A DNA stretch of 63,922 bases, filler included, from Licmophora abbreviata (taxonomy: Eukaryota), in assembly GCA_900291995.1 (NCBI GenBank). It is 15 parts of 15 records of this genome, joined end to end, with 100 filler letters (N's around TTAATTAATTAA, not from the genome) between each part and the next. Parts side by side here need not be neighbours in the genome. Positions count along the whole stretch, not along the records: positions 36,738 to 42,047 come from OLMU01001556.1; positions 42,148 to 45,359 come from OLMU01001558.1; positions 45,460 to 57,804 come from OLMU01001560.1; 12 more parts are not named here. One strand, given 5' to 3'. Of the stretch, positions 39,333-50,620 are shown one piece after another. Under the pieces are notes generated by a model. The model saw only the letters and a program-made list of their open reading frames with translations. It ran no database searches and had not been told where the DNA came from. Numbering within the stretch: the stretch's first letter is position 1; each line of letters opens with the position of its first letter. A program made the translations under genes and the position numbers.

Positions 39333-40304
39333 TTACTGTCCACAGTAGTAGCTGTGCTGACTCAAGATAAGGGCTACGATCAGACCGCTGAGGTAGATAG
39401 AAAGTGACAACATTACAATGAGAAATGGAACCGAAAGCAAACAACGCGACCCATCACTCCACAACTTACTACAGCGCCAACGCCTCACTAAAGATCAGCA
39501 TAATGAGCAAGCCCACATATAACTTGTTTGACTCTTCCACAGCCGTCATTTCTCGTCCCTGTGCTTCTGCAGGATCCACTTCACCGCCGTCGCCTGCTGT
39601 GTCCCACGCTCGTCTACCGGCCGCTGCTTTGAGGCCAAACCCTCGGACGCCAACGTCTCCAATCATGCCAATCGTTCCACCAGCTGCTAGACAGGATAAG
39701 CCGCAACACAGACCAGCGGCCAACTGTGAAAATAGAGAGAACGAACCTGAGCGTTCCGACCTCCATCGAGTCAAATCGCTACCACATACACACACGACTT
39801 ACGTGAGCCCATGCATTGTATACGCTATAGGTCGCTTCACTGTTGGCATCTGGTGGCAGAATCGCCTGCACAATAATCACTGAAACAATAAGACCATAGA
39901 TGCCGAGAACGCCTGCCATGACAATGGGGACGATATTCTTGATAATTCCTTTCGGGTAATTTACGCCCATGTCGCAGACACCGAGTCCAGCCTTCCAGGT
40001 ACCCCATGCGGACCCCCAATTTGCTAAAATTGCACACGATGCGGCTCCCATGTACCCACTACGACAAGAAACAATGAAAAAGTGAGTTTGAGGTTTTCAG
40101 TGTTTGCCCCGTGGAGTCAAGAAGTGCGAGAGATGGACCTTTCTGTTTCGCAGTACTGCAGCATCGCGCATGGACGGGACTCGAGGCGCAGACGGCTCAA
40201 TTTCTTCACCCTTTGCTCTTTTTCGATGCTCTCTTTCACTCATCCTCTTCTAAGACTTACAAGGCGGGTGCCCAGGTGGGACATGTTTCGTATCCGGCTG
40301 ACAT
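39333..40304 (-). CDS. V-ATPase V0 proteolipid subunit c, divergent paralog 1
   Basis: Exons 40304-40261, 40058-39803, 39723-39470 and 39387-39333. Motifs [47 protein letters not shown]. Confidence 0.92.
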
Positions 40305-41077
40305 GGTAGCTTTTCTGGGTCCGTCTCTCAATGGTTGTACTTCCTTGCCCCACCGATGTCGTCAGTGTCGCTCGTTTCCCATGGCTTCGCCAAAGTTGCG
40401 TAGAAATCACGTAGAAACGAGCCTGCACGGATTCTGCGAATTCCAATGCCACACAATTTGAATTATATATAAGCGCAATGAATATTCTGAATATATGCTT
40501 GACGCGACTGACTGACGACGCGCGACGGCCAGATCAAAATAGAATGAGTCGAATGAGTCGACTCTGGAGGACGCTGGCTGAACTCAATGATAGACTGACT
40601 CGTACTGGTACGAACTTCTCATACCATCGATCGCCTCCTAGGAGACACATCGCCTATCTCTTGCGATGCCGTGACAGCGAAGAACCGAGGGAGCAAGGAC
40701 GCTCGTGGTCAGAGAAGTAGACTGATTTTTGATATTTCACTCTAGAGTTATTCTAACATGATCGTCGTACGTCACACCGTATGAACTCTAGTCTTAAAAT
40801 GATGCAGCGGTCCTGGAGTCGTCGTATCAGAGGATGAGTATTATCAGATAGCGGGTTCTACTACAACACAGCAACGATCAAGCACACGTTCACTCCGACA
40901 GCCGGACTACCAATCGCATAAAAGTAACCTCACAAACTAGGTCTATCGTAAGGTTACATTCGGAAAGTCAAGAGCTCTCTTTCCTTTTCCGTCGCTTGTC
41001 CCATACATGGTAATGCGGCGCATCATTCCGTAGGGTATTGTTATTAGAAGGCTAGATTGCAAAGGAACGAAACTCGT

Positions 41078-41872
41078 TTACTCCTTCTTCTTCTCCTCCT
41101 TCTTCTCCGAAATGCCCTTGAGATCATTCCAAGTCTTCGTGAGCTGCTTGGGGGTCGCTTCCAGGAAGCCACTGTATCCCATCTTTGCAACCAACTCATC
41201 CAGTGCTTCATCTGCGGATTTCATCTTTCCAGGACTGGTGGCAGCAAAGGCTTCAATCTTGAGCTTGGCAGCATCCTTTGTGAAAGCCTTGAGCGTATCC
41301 TCAGCCTTGGCCAGATCCAGCGAGACGGTGGAGACCGCTTCGGCGAACCAGGGCTCATCACCGCCATCGGCTGCGCCAGAATAAGAGCTCTGTCCGACAG
41401 GGGAGGTTCCAGGCACCTTCCAGTCGTTTGGGGAGACGGCACCGAAGGTGCCCTGTCCACCATCACCGCCCGTGGCAGGTACGTAATCGTTCTTCTTTCC
41501 GTAATCCAAATCGTACTCTGCCATCAGGAGTGCCGACGCTGTTTACGAGAGGGAGGAGCAGCGGACATTGTGAGTGGCATGGTGTGTTGGAATCGACAGA
41601 ACGAAACTAGTCCCTTGCCAAAATCGATTGCCACAGACTGCCGATTGAAGCGACGCGCTCGAAGGATACCGCTGTGAATAGTTCGTACGGAGGCACCAAA
41701 AGATCGTCCCCCGAGCAGATGACCTCTATGCACATCATTTCGTTTCTATCGGCTCCTTCGACTCCATTCTCGTTTCTCAGATAATCAATTACGTACAGCG
41801 GACTCCGAATCGGGCTGGCGCAAAGGCCGAGACGGCGGAAGCAGACAGAATAAGAGCGGCAGCGACCTTCAT
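41078..41872 (-). CDS. Small plastid-targeted protein (perfect ASAFAP-type motif); possibly the diatom PSI subunit Psa29/PsaS
   Basis: MKVAAALILSASAVSAFAPARFGVR; intron 41796-41539. Mature part has GGDGGQG..GAVSPNDW..PGTSP...DEPWFAEAVS and a Lys-rich tail. The PSI identity is only a recollection. Confidence 0.75.
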
Positions 41873-42199
41873 GGTGAGATGGATTGTCAAGAGATGTGGC
41901 TGTCGTGCGATTGGCAGTGAGATGGCCTACGTAGAGACTCAGTACTTACCCACAGCAAGGATCGCGAGCCTTCAAGTTCAACTGAAACTTTAGCTTTATC
42001 CCTACTGAGGTGGATGGTCGGTTTGTATTACTTCGTAGCTCGCAAGANNNNNNNNNNNNNNNNNNNNNNNNNNNNNNNNNNNNNNNNNNNNTTAATTAAT
42101 TAANNNNNNNNNNNNNNNNNNNNNNNNNNNNNNNNNNNNNNNNNNNNCATCGATGCAATGTGAAAATGATTATCTTGAACAGGGGTACAAGTGCTGATC

Positions 42200-42467
42200 C
42201 TAAAGGGCGCAGCCAATACTGACGTCCCAGGCTGTGCCTGCATTCGGTGCATTGATAGTAGCTTCGATAATAGTGCCGGAGCCGGAAAAGGAGACATCAG
42301 TGTTTCTAGAGCCTGAGACAAGCCCCCCAGTGGAAAAGATGACAGCGCCCTCGTACACAATAGTGAGCTCATCTGTGATGGTGTACATCTCGTAGAAAAC
42401 AGGAAAGGTCCCGGAGTTCTTCTGCAAATCGATGACGAGTCGCGTCGTTCCCTGCCCACCCGATCTC
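42200..42467 (-). CDS. Orphan terminal exon encoding a small beta-rich extracellular domain (SGGQG...YEMYTITD...TGGLVSG...GTAW...C)
   Basis: Protein-like sequence starts directly after an acceptor-like TTCGACGCAG and ends at TAG 42200. No convincing start codon of its own. Confidence 0.5.
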
Positions 42468-43016
42468 TGCGTCGAAGGATATTGAGCAGCAAGAGCGATC
42501 GGCTCGATGATTGAGTCAGTCTGCGACTGGTTATCGGCTGGGGAGCAGCCTAAGCGAGGAAGGGCTGCCGCTGAGGACGAGATTGAACCGTGCGGAGCGG
42601 TGAAGTGGAGGAAGTGCGGCCTGGAGACCCGGGCCACTGCGGGGTGTGACGAGTGGGTGGAGCCTGAGGGGTCTCCGGCTTGGATTGCGCAGTCGAACTC
42701 GTCTCAGTTCATATCATACCTCACTGTACTACTCTTGTTCTTGAAACGCACTTCTTATAATGTGTATGCCTCTTACTTGCTATCTTGTTCTTTTTGTTCA
42801 TGCATCTTGTTCCTAAACTTCAGTCATAGCTAGTGTTGCTCAGTCGTCTTCGTGTGCATTTGCGTATTCTTGTCTCAGTTCCTCTCAACAACGCTCTCTA
42901 GTAACTTCTCCTCATCGAATCATTCCAACATTTTCAGGTGGTCGACAGTCGACAGACACCCCCGGCAACGTAGTGGTGCCGTCGCAAAAACAAAAACCGC
43001 ACCACGTGCGTGCTGG

Positions 43017-45359
43017 TTAGGGGGTGGTCGCGAGGACCACCAACTCACCATCAACCAACGCAGTTTGACAACTGGCGTTACAGTCAACCCCCGCGCTAGT
43101 AGCTAGATTGCGGCCAACCTCATTGTTGAATAGATCCATACTGATGTCTTCGGGAGCCGCATTTGACTGCGCGCAAGCTTCGTGAAGATTGCCAACCTCT
43201 GCGGCTTGCTCTGATCCAAGCTCTTGTGCCATGCGGCAGTTCCAGAAACAGTGACGGAAAGCATCTGCCTCCCCCGAAGCAAGTCCAGGCAAACCCGAGC
43301 TCGCGGTGGCTTGTTTCGCCTCATTTGCCAGGGTTTTACCGGCTTCCCAAGCGTCAAAGCCCCCCACTTCCAAAACGGCCAGAAATTCTTCAGGAAGTAT
43401 ACAACTCCACTCCTCCACGAAGTCAACACAGACTTTGGAATCAAGTTGATCGTCAGCAACATTCGCGACGGCTATGTCAACTGCAACCCTATCTCCCGTT
43501 GAGTCCAGCGCAAGCCAGACATTTCTCCAGCCTGTTGCACCCGAGGCAAAATCAAATGCGGCAAACCCAAGACCGTTCATGGTGGCAATCTCGGAAGCAG
43601 AAGCACCACGGTTCTGGCTGCGGAGGGAGATGCGGAAGTAATCATTGAACTCGGTACCAAAGTATCCAGCAGGCACCTCCGTAGGTAACAAAGCGATACC
43701 GAATATGGACAAGTGTTGAAGCGAAGCCGGCATCGAAGACTCGAGACACGATTCGCTCGTCGTTGTTGATTCCAGCTGTGTCGAGACATAGGTCCATGTT
43801 TGTGAGAGCTTCATCAAAGAAACCGAGGTGCCTGCGGCTACCACCGAGGAGTGGATTTGGTGGACCGACGTCTTCTTGATGGCTCTCAATGCTGGCATGA
43901 GGCATGTCTTCGGGGCTGACACTCCAGCCATCGAGGCCTTGCGAGAAGTCGTTGTTGTCGATAGGGCTAGGGTCACCAAATCCCGCTAGGGATATCGTGA
44001 CCGAGCTCACACCTCCGGCGACTGCACCAGCACTTCCTGTCTCAGCGTTCTCGCCCTGAAGCAAGGAAATTAAATGAAGCACGTAAGAGTTGAAAGTATT
44101 GGCAGGGGGCTCAATTGACACGACATTTGTTTTGATCGACGTTTAGTGTATTATTGGAACACATGCACGTACCAAAACTGTGAAGAGAATTGTTCGAGGG
44201 GGGAGGTTATCGAACTGGACTGCACCGTTGGTGGTGCTCACGGTCATCTGAACGGTCTCGTCATCACTGAGTCTGGCTGTGACCTCTGCCAAACCGGTGT
44301 ATGCCACACCTGTTTCAACCTCAATGTTGGCCGTAATGCTATTTGTCTCCGCCCACAAAACAGCCTCGAAAGCAAAGGGCGAGCCTGTCACAGTGAGAGC
44401 AGTGAGAGAAATGTCATTCTTGCCCTCGCTGAGAGATGTTGCAGTGCAAACAATCGTAGAGCTGATTGAGCTCACCACGACATCACCCCCGTTGATGGAG
44501 AAGCTCACTTGACCTACATCTTCAAGGAACTCTGCATTTTCGATCTCAATGCACACTGGTCCACCAAGTGAATTGAAGATTGTTTCGGAGAAACCTTGGA
44601 AGGAAGCGACAATCTCTTCAGGCGACTCTGTAGGTGACTTGGCCGGTGCATCAGTTGGCGCATTGCCGGGATTATCGGTGGGTGATTCTGATTCGGGGGC
44701 ACGACACTCACAGACACACTTCTGATCTGGACAAGTAGTAGTATCACTGCTGCACTGCCCCCCCGGCGTATACAAAGGGCACTGACCATTTTCCTGACAG
44801 TTCTGGTTGGGACCGCACACCTCTTTGCAGTTCTCGCTGGTAGAGCAGGCTCCAAGCAAGTCGCCATTTCTACGATGCTTGGCGACGTTCTTCTTGGCCA
44901 CTTCGATCGTACTGAATGTGGCGGTAGCTTTAGTTTGGCGGACACGGCACATGGGCACTTTGTTTGGTGACTGGGTCCATGTAAGCGCGCGTCGAGAGGA
45001 GATGTCCTCACATTCACACGCACAGGTCTCCCCGTCCGCACAGTCAACAACCTCAACGGCGTTGCAAATTCCCAAGCACTGACCATTTTCCATGTCACAT
45101 GTGCTTCCAGGACACAGCTCGTTGCAGTTCTGGCTAGTAGTGCAGCCTCCAACCAAGAAGCCGCCTCGTCTAAGAAGACCGGCGACCTTGTTCTTCTTTA
45201 CTCTGATATTACTGAACCTGATAGGGTTCGTTTGCTCGATACGGCACATGGTCACTTTCTGTACTGGTGTCTGGAGCCATGAAAGCGAACGCTCCTGGGT
45301 AGTCTTCGTATCGTCTTCGCGAAGAAAGCGGTGACCACCAGTCGTCGTCGTCGTTGCGT
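43017..45359 (-). CDS. Multidomain, probably secreted Cys-rich protein with C-terminal DUF6973-like domain, 5'-truncated by gap
   Basis: Two Cys-rich repeats (KV.MC...I.V.K..V......G..LG.C), a Pro/Thr linker and beta-rich domains. Intron 44172-44056; frameshift ~43685 restores RYRFVTTEVPAGYFGTEFNDYF. C-terminal DAFRHCFWN...GNLHE...MDLFNNEVGR. Confidence 0.72.
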
Positions 45360-45469
45360 NNNNNNNNNNNNNNNNNNNNNNNNNNNNNNNNNNNNNNNNN
45401 NNNTTAATTAATTAANNNNNNNNNNNNNNNNNNNNNNNNNNNNNNNNNNNNNNNNNNNNCCCTACCCGA

Positions 45470-46270
45470 ATGACGCGCCGCGCTAGGAGTGGTGCTAGTA
45501 GCACTCTCTTGTCGTCGTCGTCTCGGTCAACATCCGTACCGGCGGTGCAGGTCGTTTCGAACATGCCAGAACCCCTCCCGAAGGATTTGAAGAATCATTA
45601 TTACCTCTTACGACATGGACAGAGCACTGCCAATGTGGCCTCCATTATTTCATCGTCCCGATCGCTGGCCTACTCCGACAAGCATGGACTCACGCCTGTG
45701 GGATACGAACAAGGAAAGGAATCCGCAAAGCAGCTCATCAGTTTGTTGAACGAGACAGTAGAGTCGGGAGATGAGGTTCTTTTCTATTCCTCGCCGTTTG
45801 CTCGTGCTCGACAGACCGCACAAGCTTGCCTCGACGGCCTAGCGGAACTCCAGTCCGAGGTGAAGGCGCTGGGCATCGAGGTTTCGAAGGACGTTCTCAT
45901 GGAAGATCGACTCATGGAACGCTACTTTGGCCGCTTGGACGGGGAGGCCATCTATACGTACGCGTACGTATGGCCTGTGGACAAGTTCAACACTACCCAT
46001 ACCGCCTTTGACGTTGAGAGTGTCGCGGCGGTCGCGACGCGACTGCGAGAGGTCGTGGAGAATATCGAGGCCACGAGAAGAGACACACACATTGTTTGGG
46101 TCTCGCATGCGGATGTCTTGCAAATTGCACAGTTGTATGGAGCGAATGTGGACAATGTGGGAGTCTTTTCGTCGTATCGATTTGGCAATGGGGAAGTCCG
46201 AGCGATGAAACGAACTCCAGACTCGTTGCCGCCCCCGGTACCATTGGAAGCTCCTAAACGAACCATATAG
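45470..46270 (+). CDS. Histidine phosphatase/phosphoglycerate mutase family protein (5' end may lie in gap)
   Basis: Motifs YLLRHGQS, SSPFARARQTA, LMERYFG, VSHAD. Confidence 0.88.
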   Translation: MTRRARSGASSTLLSSSSRSTSVPAVQVVSNMPEPLPKDLKNHYYLLRHGQSTANVASIISSSRSLAYSDKHGLTPVGYEQGKESAKQLISLLNETVESGDEVLFYSSPFARARQTAQACLDGLAELQSEVKALGIEVSKDVLMEDRLMERYFGRLDGEAIYTYAYVWPVDKFNTTHTAFDVESVAAVATRLREVVENIEATRRDTHIVWVSHADVLQIAQLYGANVDNVGVFSSYRFGNGEVRAMKRTPDSLPPPVPLEAPKRTI

Positions 46271-46322
46271 AACGCGCGACTGTAGATGTCAGTGTCTTAT
46301 TATAGTACCATGTGCCTGGCTA

Positions 46323-48911
46323 TCATTGCATCGAGTCCAAATTAAATTCGGGCAGTTGGGGACAGTCCTCCAGGTGAATAGCGTGCATTTGAAATGTACA
46401 GAGCGCAGTTTCTGGAAGATCCGCCTCCTCTGCGGCTTCAATGATGAGCGCGAATGCAATCGTCAGCGCCTTCGTATGACCCTTGACAACACTGAGAATA
46501 CCCTTGGCGATACGCGAGGCTGTTATGATCACATCGACCTCGTATACGCCCTTCTCGTCCTTCGAAGGTGCCCGAAAGTAGTACTGCAGCGGAATCACCT
46601 TTCCCAGGAGTGCAGGTGAGGAACCTGGACCGACCGCGGTGCGAACAATCCATGGGCCATCCACAACAACAGGCAGCAACTTGAGACGCGCATCTCTGTA
46701 CGCTTGATCGCCGTGAAGGAATTTGGTCCACACGTTTGCCAGCTTGGGCGGAAACGTTTCAATGGGAGGAACTGCAAAGTAAGCCACAAAGTTTCCAAAG
46801 GGTAGCAAGAAATTAACCAAGAAAGTATGGTCCTCTCCCAATTTCCCACCCAGAACACTGGGATGACGAGCAATGTGGCGTTCAGGGTTGTCCGTCAGCC
46901 AAATGTCGACCCCGCGGCACACAAAGGGAGCCTGGGCGGAAGGAATCTTGACGCGATCGCTCAGGTAGTTGGCACCGCGAACATAGAAAATGTCGTCAGG
47001 TGGCTTGGACCAGCACGAGACACCCCCATTGTTGGGATGTTGCGGCAGCGGAGATGAGAGAATGCCTTCTTGGCGGGCCAACGAATCCCCCGACTCTAAC
47101 GGTTCTATGTCTCCATCCGCGAGCAAGTCATCGGTACCATCTTCTTCTTCGGTGGTAGCTGACTGAAGGTCCAAAAGCAATTCGTCAATCTGCTCTTCAC
47201 CTTTTGTTGTCGATACCGCTACTTCGCGTGGAATATGCACAGATGATGTTCGGGCAACTACTCTCGGTTCCGCTGCCATCGACCTTGCGAATGGATACAT
47301 TCTCTCTATCATTCGTCCGGCATACACAGAAGCAATCCAACTGACAACCATCACATCCAACCGAATTTTCATAGAAGTCATATTTTGCTCATACAAATCA
47401 AGTAAAGGAGCCCACAACAGTACAGACGAAGCTAGAGCCCCCATAACGATGGCGGGACGTTGAACGATCCACACGATGAGTGCCATAGCAGGCAATGTCA
47501 ATCGATCCACGTCTTGTTGCACCAGCCATTCCTTGACAAAATCTTCCGTGCTTTCTGGGGCTGCTAAATGCCGCTGACGATACAAACCACTTCCGCTATG
47601 AATCTTCGAAAAGCTCTGTTGTTCAGTCTCTTCGGTCAAACTCCAGAACTTCCGCAACGCTTGAGAGTTGCAAATCACCGCATTCATGGCCAGAGTTCGC
47701 AGACAACCATCGACCGCTAGTAGCGATGCCACCATGTCTGTGTAAGAATAAGGTCGACATGCTGGCACCTCTTCATGGATTGTCTCTCGCACACGCTTCC
47801 AAACTCGTCTAGCCGACGTCAATGTGTTGCTGCTACGACTCTTACGGCTCTGTTCTTTCAACTTCAACTCTAGATGCAACGCCTCCAGCATGACTCTCAC
47901 ATCGTCCGGCGTTCGCAAGATACTACGTTCTTCCACAACCGCATTTTCTCCCTTTCGTTGAAGAATCAACAAGACTGCAATGCGATAGGCCAAATCACAC
48001 GCCAGCGCTTGCGTACGGATAAGCCGCACCGAGCCCACCTTGGTGACTACAATCTTTCCAGGTTTCGATCGGTTCGTGGTGGACGTAGTAGCTCTGCGAC
48101 CTTTCGAAGAAGAAGCAGCAGAAATTCTCTGTTGACCTCTGCCGCCGCCATCATCACCACGCAGGACTTGGAAGACGTCGTGACTAGCAGCACGGCGTCG
48201 TCGACGACTCCTCGCCGCAGCCGATGGAGTTCGACCGTGCTGTACAGGAACGGTCGATGCAGTCGAAAGCAAGTCGATATCTGCGTGATCCCATCCATCC
48301 TCTTCTTGTTCCTCTTCCACACCATCACTACTCTGAAACTTCCTTCGGAACTGCGGCGACCTACTGACATCCACTACACGTTGTGATGCCCACTGCAAGG
48401 CCACCACCCAACACTGCGCTTCTTCCAGTGTATCTACTGCACAGAGAAAATCCCTGGGCGCATTCGGAAGATCGGGGGGATGGCATGTTTCCAACATGAG
48501 CACATCATTAGGATGATGTTGTGCAGTATGGTGAAAGAGTCGCTGTCCCGAAAAGACATATCCATACGAGGCAATGGGAAGTCCTACGTGCATGTCTCGG
48601 AGCGTCGTGACATCAATGATGCGAGCCGAATGAATCGCAAGCGTGCATTTCAGAAGCATAGTTTCATTCGGACTTTTGACTTCACCAGCATTCTGCTGCA
48701 CGTCATCCTCTTCGTTGAGTTCGTAGTACCGCACGAGTCCATTGTCACAGAGTTCGAGGTAGCGGGGTCGCCAAATGCGGCGAATTTTGCCACGAATCAA
48801 GGCGCGACCAGAATGGCGCACGGGAGATGTAGACAGAGATCGGGATGAAGGGAATGTATTACTGGGAGACATGGTGGTCGGAGGCGATAGTGACGGCGAT
48901 GATGATGGCAA
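46323..48911 (-). CDS. PH domain + EDR2 C-terminal (DUF1336) domain protein with central TM segments; start uncertain
   Basis: PH: IWRPRYLEL...EEAQCWVVALQ. EDR2_C: CWSKP...FYVRGANYLSDRVKIPS, FLVNF, RDARLKLLP.VVDGPWIVR, PALLGK, EVDV.I, LPE. Confidence 0.87.
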   Translation of the reverse strand: MPSSSPSLSPPTTMSPSNTFPSSRSLSTSPVRHSGRALIRGKIRRIWRPRYLELCDNGLVRYYELNEEDDVQQNAGEVKSPNETMLLKCTLAIHSARIIDVTTLRDMHVGLPIASYGYVFSGQRLFHHTAQHHPNDVLMLETCHPPDLPNAPRDFLCAVDTLEEAQCWVVALQWASQRVVDVSRSPQFRRKFQSSDGVEEEQEEDGWDHADIDLLSTASTVPVQHGRTPSAAARSRRRRRAASHDVFQVLRGDDGGGRGQQRISAASSSKGRRATTSTTNRSKPGKIVVTKVGSVRLIRTQALACDLAYRIAVLLILQRKGENAVVEERSILRTPDDVRVMLEALHLELKLKEQSRKSRSSNTLTSARRVWKRVRETIHEEVPACRPYSYTDMVASLLAVDGCLRTLAMNAVICNSQALRKFWSLTEETEQQSFSKIHSGSGLYRQRHLAAPESTEDFVKEWLVQQDVDRLTLPAMALIVWIVQRPAIVMGALASSVLLWAPLLDLYEQNMTSMKIRLDVMVVSWIASVYAGRMIERMYPFARSMAAEPRVVARTSSVHIPREVAVSTTKGEEQIDELLLDLQSATTEEEDGTDDLLADGDIEPLESGDSLARQEGILSSPLPQHPNNGGVSCWSKPPDDIFYVRGANYLSDRVKIPSAQAPFVCRGVDIWLTDNPERHIARHPSVLGGKLGEDHTFLVNFLLPFGNFVAYFAVPPIETFPPKLANVWTKFLHGDQAYRDARLKLLPVVVDGPWIVRTAVGPGSSPALLGKVIPLQYYFRAPSKDEKGVYEVDVIITASRIAKGILSVVKGHTKALTIAFALIIEAAEEADLPETALCTFQMHAIHLEDCPQLPEFNLDSMQ

Positions 48912-49849
48912 CGAATGAATTTCTCTTTGATTTTACAGATTTTGGTGATGGCGATGGAGGTGATGATTTCAACTGTGATTCGCCTTACAGAGTGAGAAGT
49001 TTGATCCAATTTCCAGTTTCCTCTGCAAAGTGAATCACATTAGTAGACAACCAAGCCAAGAGCGATGTTCTCGAAAGCATGAATCAGAAAACAAACGAGG
49101 TGATGTCTTCATCATGGTGCTGGTCGCAAAGAAAAAGAATGCGATCTGCTTCGACGCGATCTTTCGGTTGTCACGCGCGATCGTTCTGCGAGCTCTATGA
49201 TTGGTTCCCGCAAAAACCTCGTTGTTCAATCGGGCGCGCCTTCTTTGATGATATGATATAATCATGAATCACTATGTTGGAATTGAATTTAAAGGTAAAC
49301 GTTCATGAGGCTAATCATATCGATTCCCGGAAAGCAATTTCAACACGCATCTCAACGCAGCGATGGAAGAGACAATCGCGTCGTTCCGGCATCGACGACA
49401 CACGAAGGGCCACTCCGCCGATCCCTTCGGATGAATTGAATTTTGGCGACATACCGTCCTTGTAGCGAATCCTTCCTTCTCTCCGAATCGACGGACCGAA
49501 AGAGGAAAAGAGCGAGGTATTCGTTCGTTCGAAAAAAAGCGTCGCACGACCTAGAGATCGGCATCCACATTGGAACGGCTCTATTTTGCTAGTACTGTAG
49601 CTAGAACTACCGCCGGGACTGCTACATTCGGTCCCGTCTGTCGACTCGCCAATCTCATTGAATACTACTCATTCACAGTCCAGGACTCGTCTTCCCCGAA
49701 TCCGTCTGTTTAAGGGTCCATCAATAGCCTTGGCTCTCTCTCAAATCGTCATTAGAGAGGCTCAAGAAGTTTGATTTTGTTACGAGTTTTCCAGCACCCA
49801 CCACTACAAGTACCTCCTACGTTCACACCAAAAACTGACATTTTTTAGA

Positions 49850-50380
49850 ATGGGAAACTGTCTACCTCTCTTGACGTGTCATGATCGCCATCGTCAAGAG
49901 CACCCTAGTGTTATCGATACGGCGGAACGCCAACAGATGGAACAAGAGCGTGCGGAAGGACAAGCCTTACTTCGAGAAATGGTAACATCCCGTCAATCGA
50001 CCAGTACCATCGATTGGGCGGCCGTCATTGCCAAGGCCAACGACTTGCATGCACGAGAACAAGAGTATTGGAAAAGGCAGCAGTCTAAAAGGAAACGACA
50101 GCATTATCTGGGAAACTCGATGAAACGACAGAAACGCAAGCAGCGACAGAACGAAGCGGTTGGAAGCTTTTCGGTCAATGTGCTCAATTATAGACGCCGC
50201 GCGGATGACAGTCGTAGTAACAGCAGTACCGAAGAGGAAGGGAGCTTTCGAATTCATAACCGGAGTAGTACAGCTGCGACGAGGAGTGTGGGAGAAGACT
50301 CGTATGATGGGAGTCATACTACGGGACTGGCAGTAAATAGAAGTGTGGACGGCATGCAGCCGATTGATGAGGAGTCGTAG
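49850..50380 (+). CDS. Hypothetical protein with N-terminal MGNC acylation-like motif
   Basis: 176-aa ATG ORF between two clear genes; MGNCLPLLTC start, basic central segment. Confidence 0.55.
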   Translation: MGNCLPLLTCHDRHRQEHPSVIDTAERQQMEQERAEGQALLREMVTSRQSTSTIDWAAVIAKANDLHAREQEYWKRQQSKRKRQHYLGNSMKRQKRKQRQNEAVGSFSVNVLNYRRRADDSRSNSSTEEEGSFRIHNRSSTAATRSVGEDSYDGSHTTGLAVNRSVDGMQPIDEES

Positions 50381-50620
50381 AGCGTCTTCATGGTTGGAGG
50401 GAGGAGACAGTGTATTACAGGGTGGTGGGACTCGTGAACTTACATTAGACTTAAAGCGTTGTATATAGAATAACAAAGACAGAACAGTTGCTAACTACGG
50501 TATGATACACGGTCACAGTAGAAGTTCAACTTTCTCTCTAGTTGCGAGTTTAATGGTACATTCCTGGTCAATTTGCAGAAATCAAAAGCAGGTGCTTAAC
50601 AGCACACCATTTCGTGCCCT

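Noticed and set aside
40540..40565. GAATGAGTC direct repeat and nearby GACT repeats
   Set aside because: Too short to distinguish from background microsatellite-like sequence.
42507..42833. Plus-strand 108-aa ORF or transposon remnant
   Set aside because: No transposase or RT motif, terminal repeats or target-site duplication seen.
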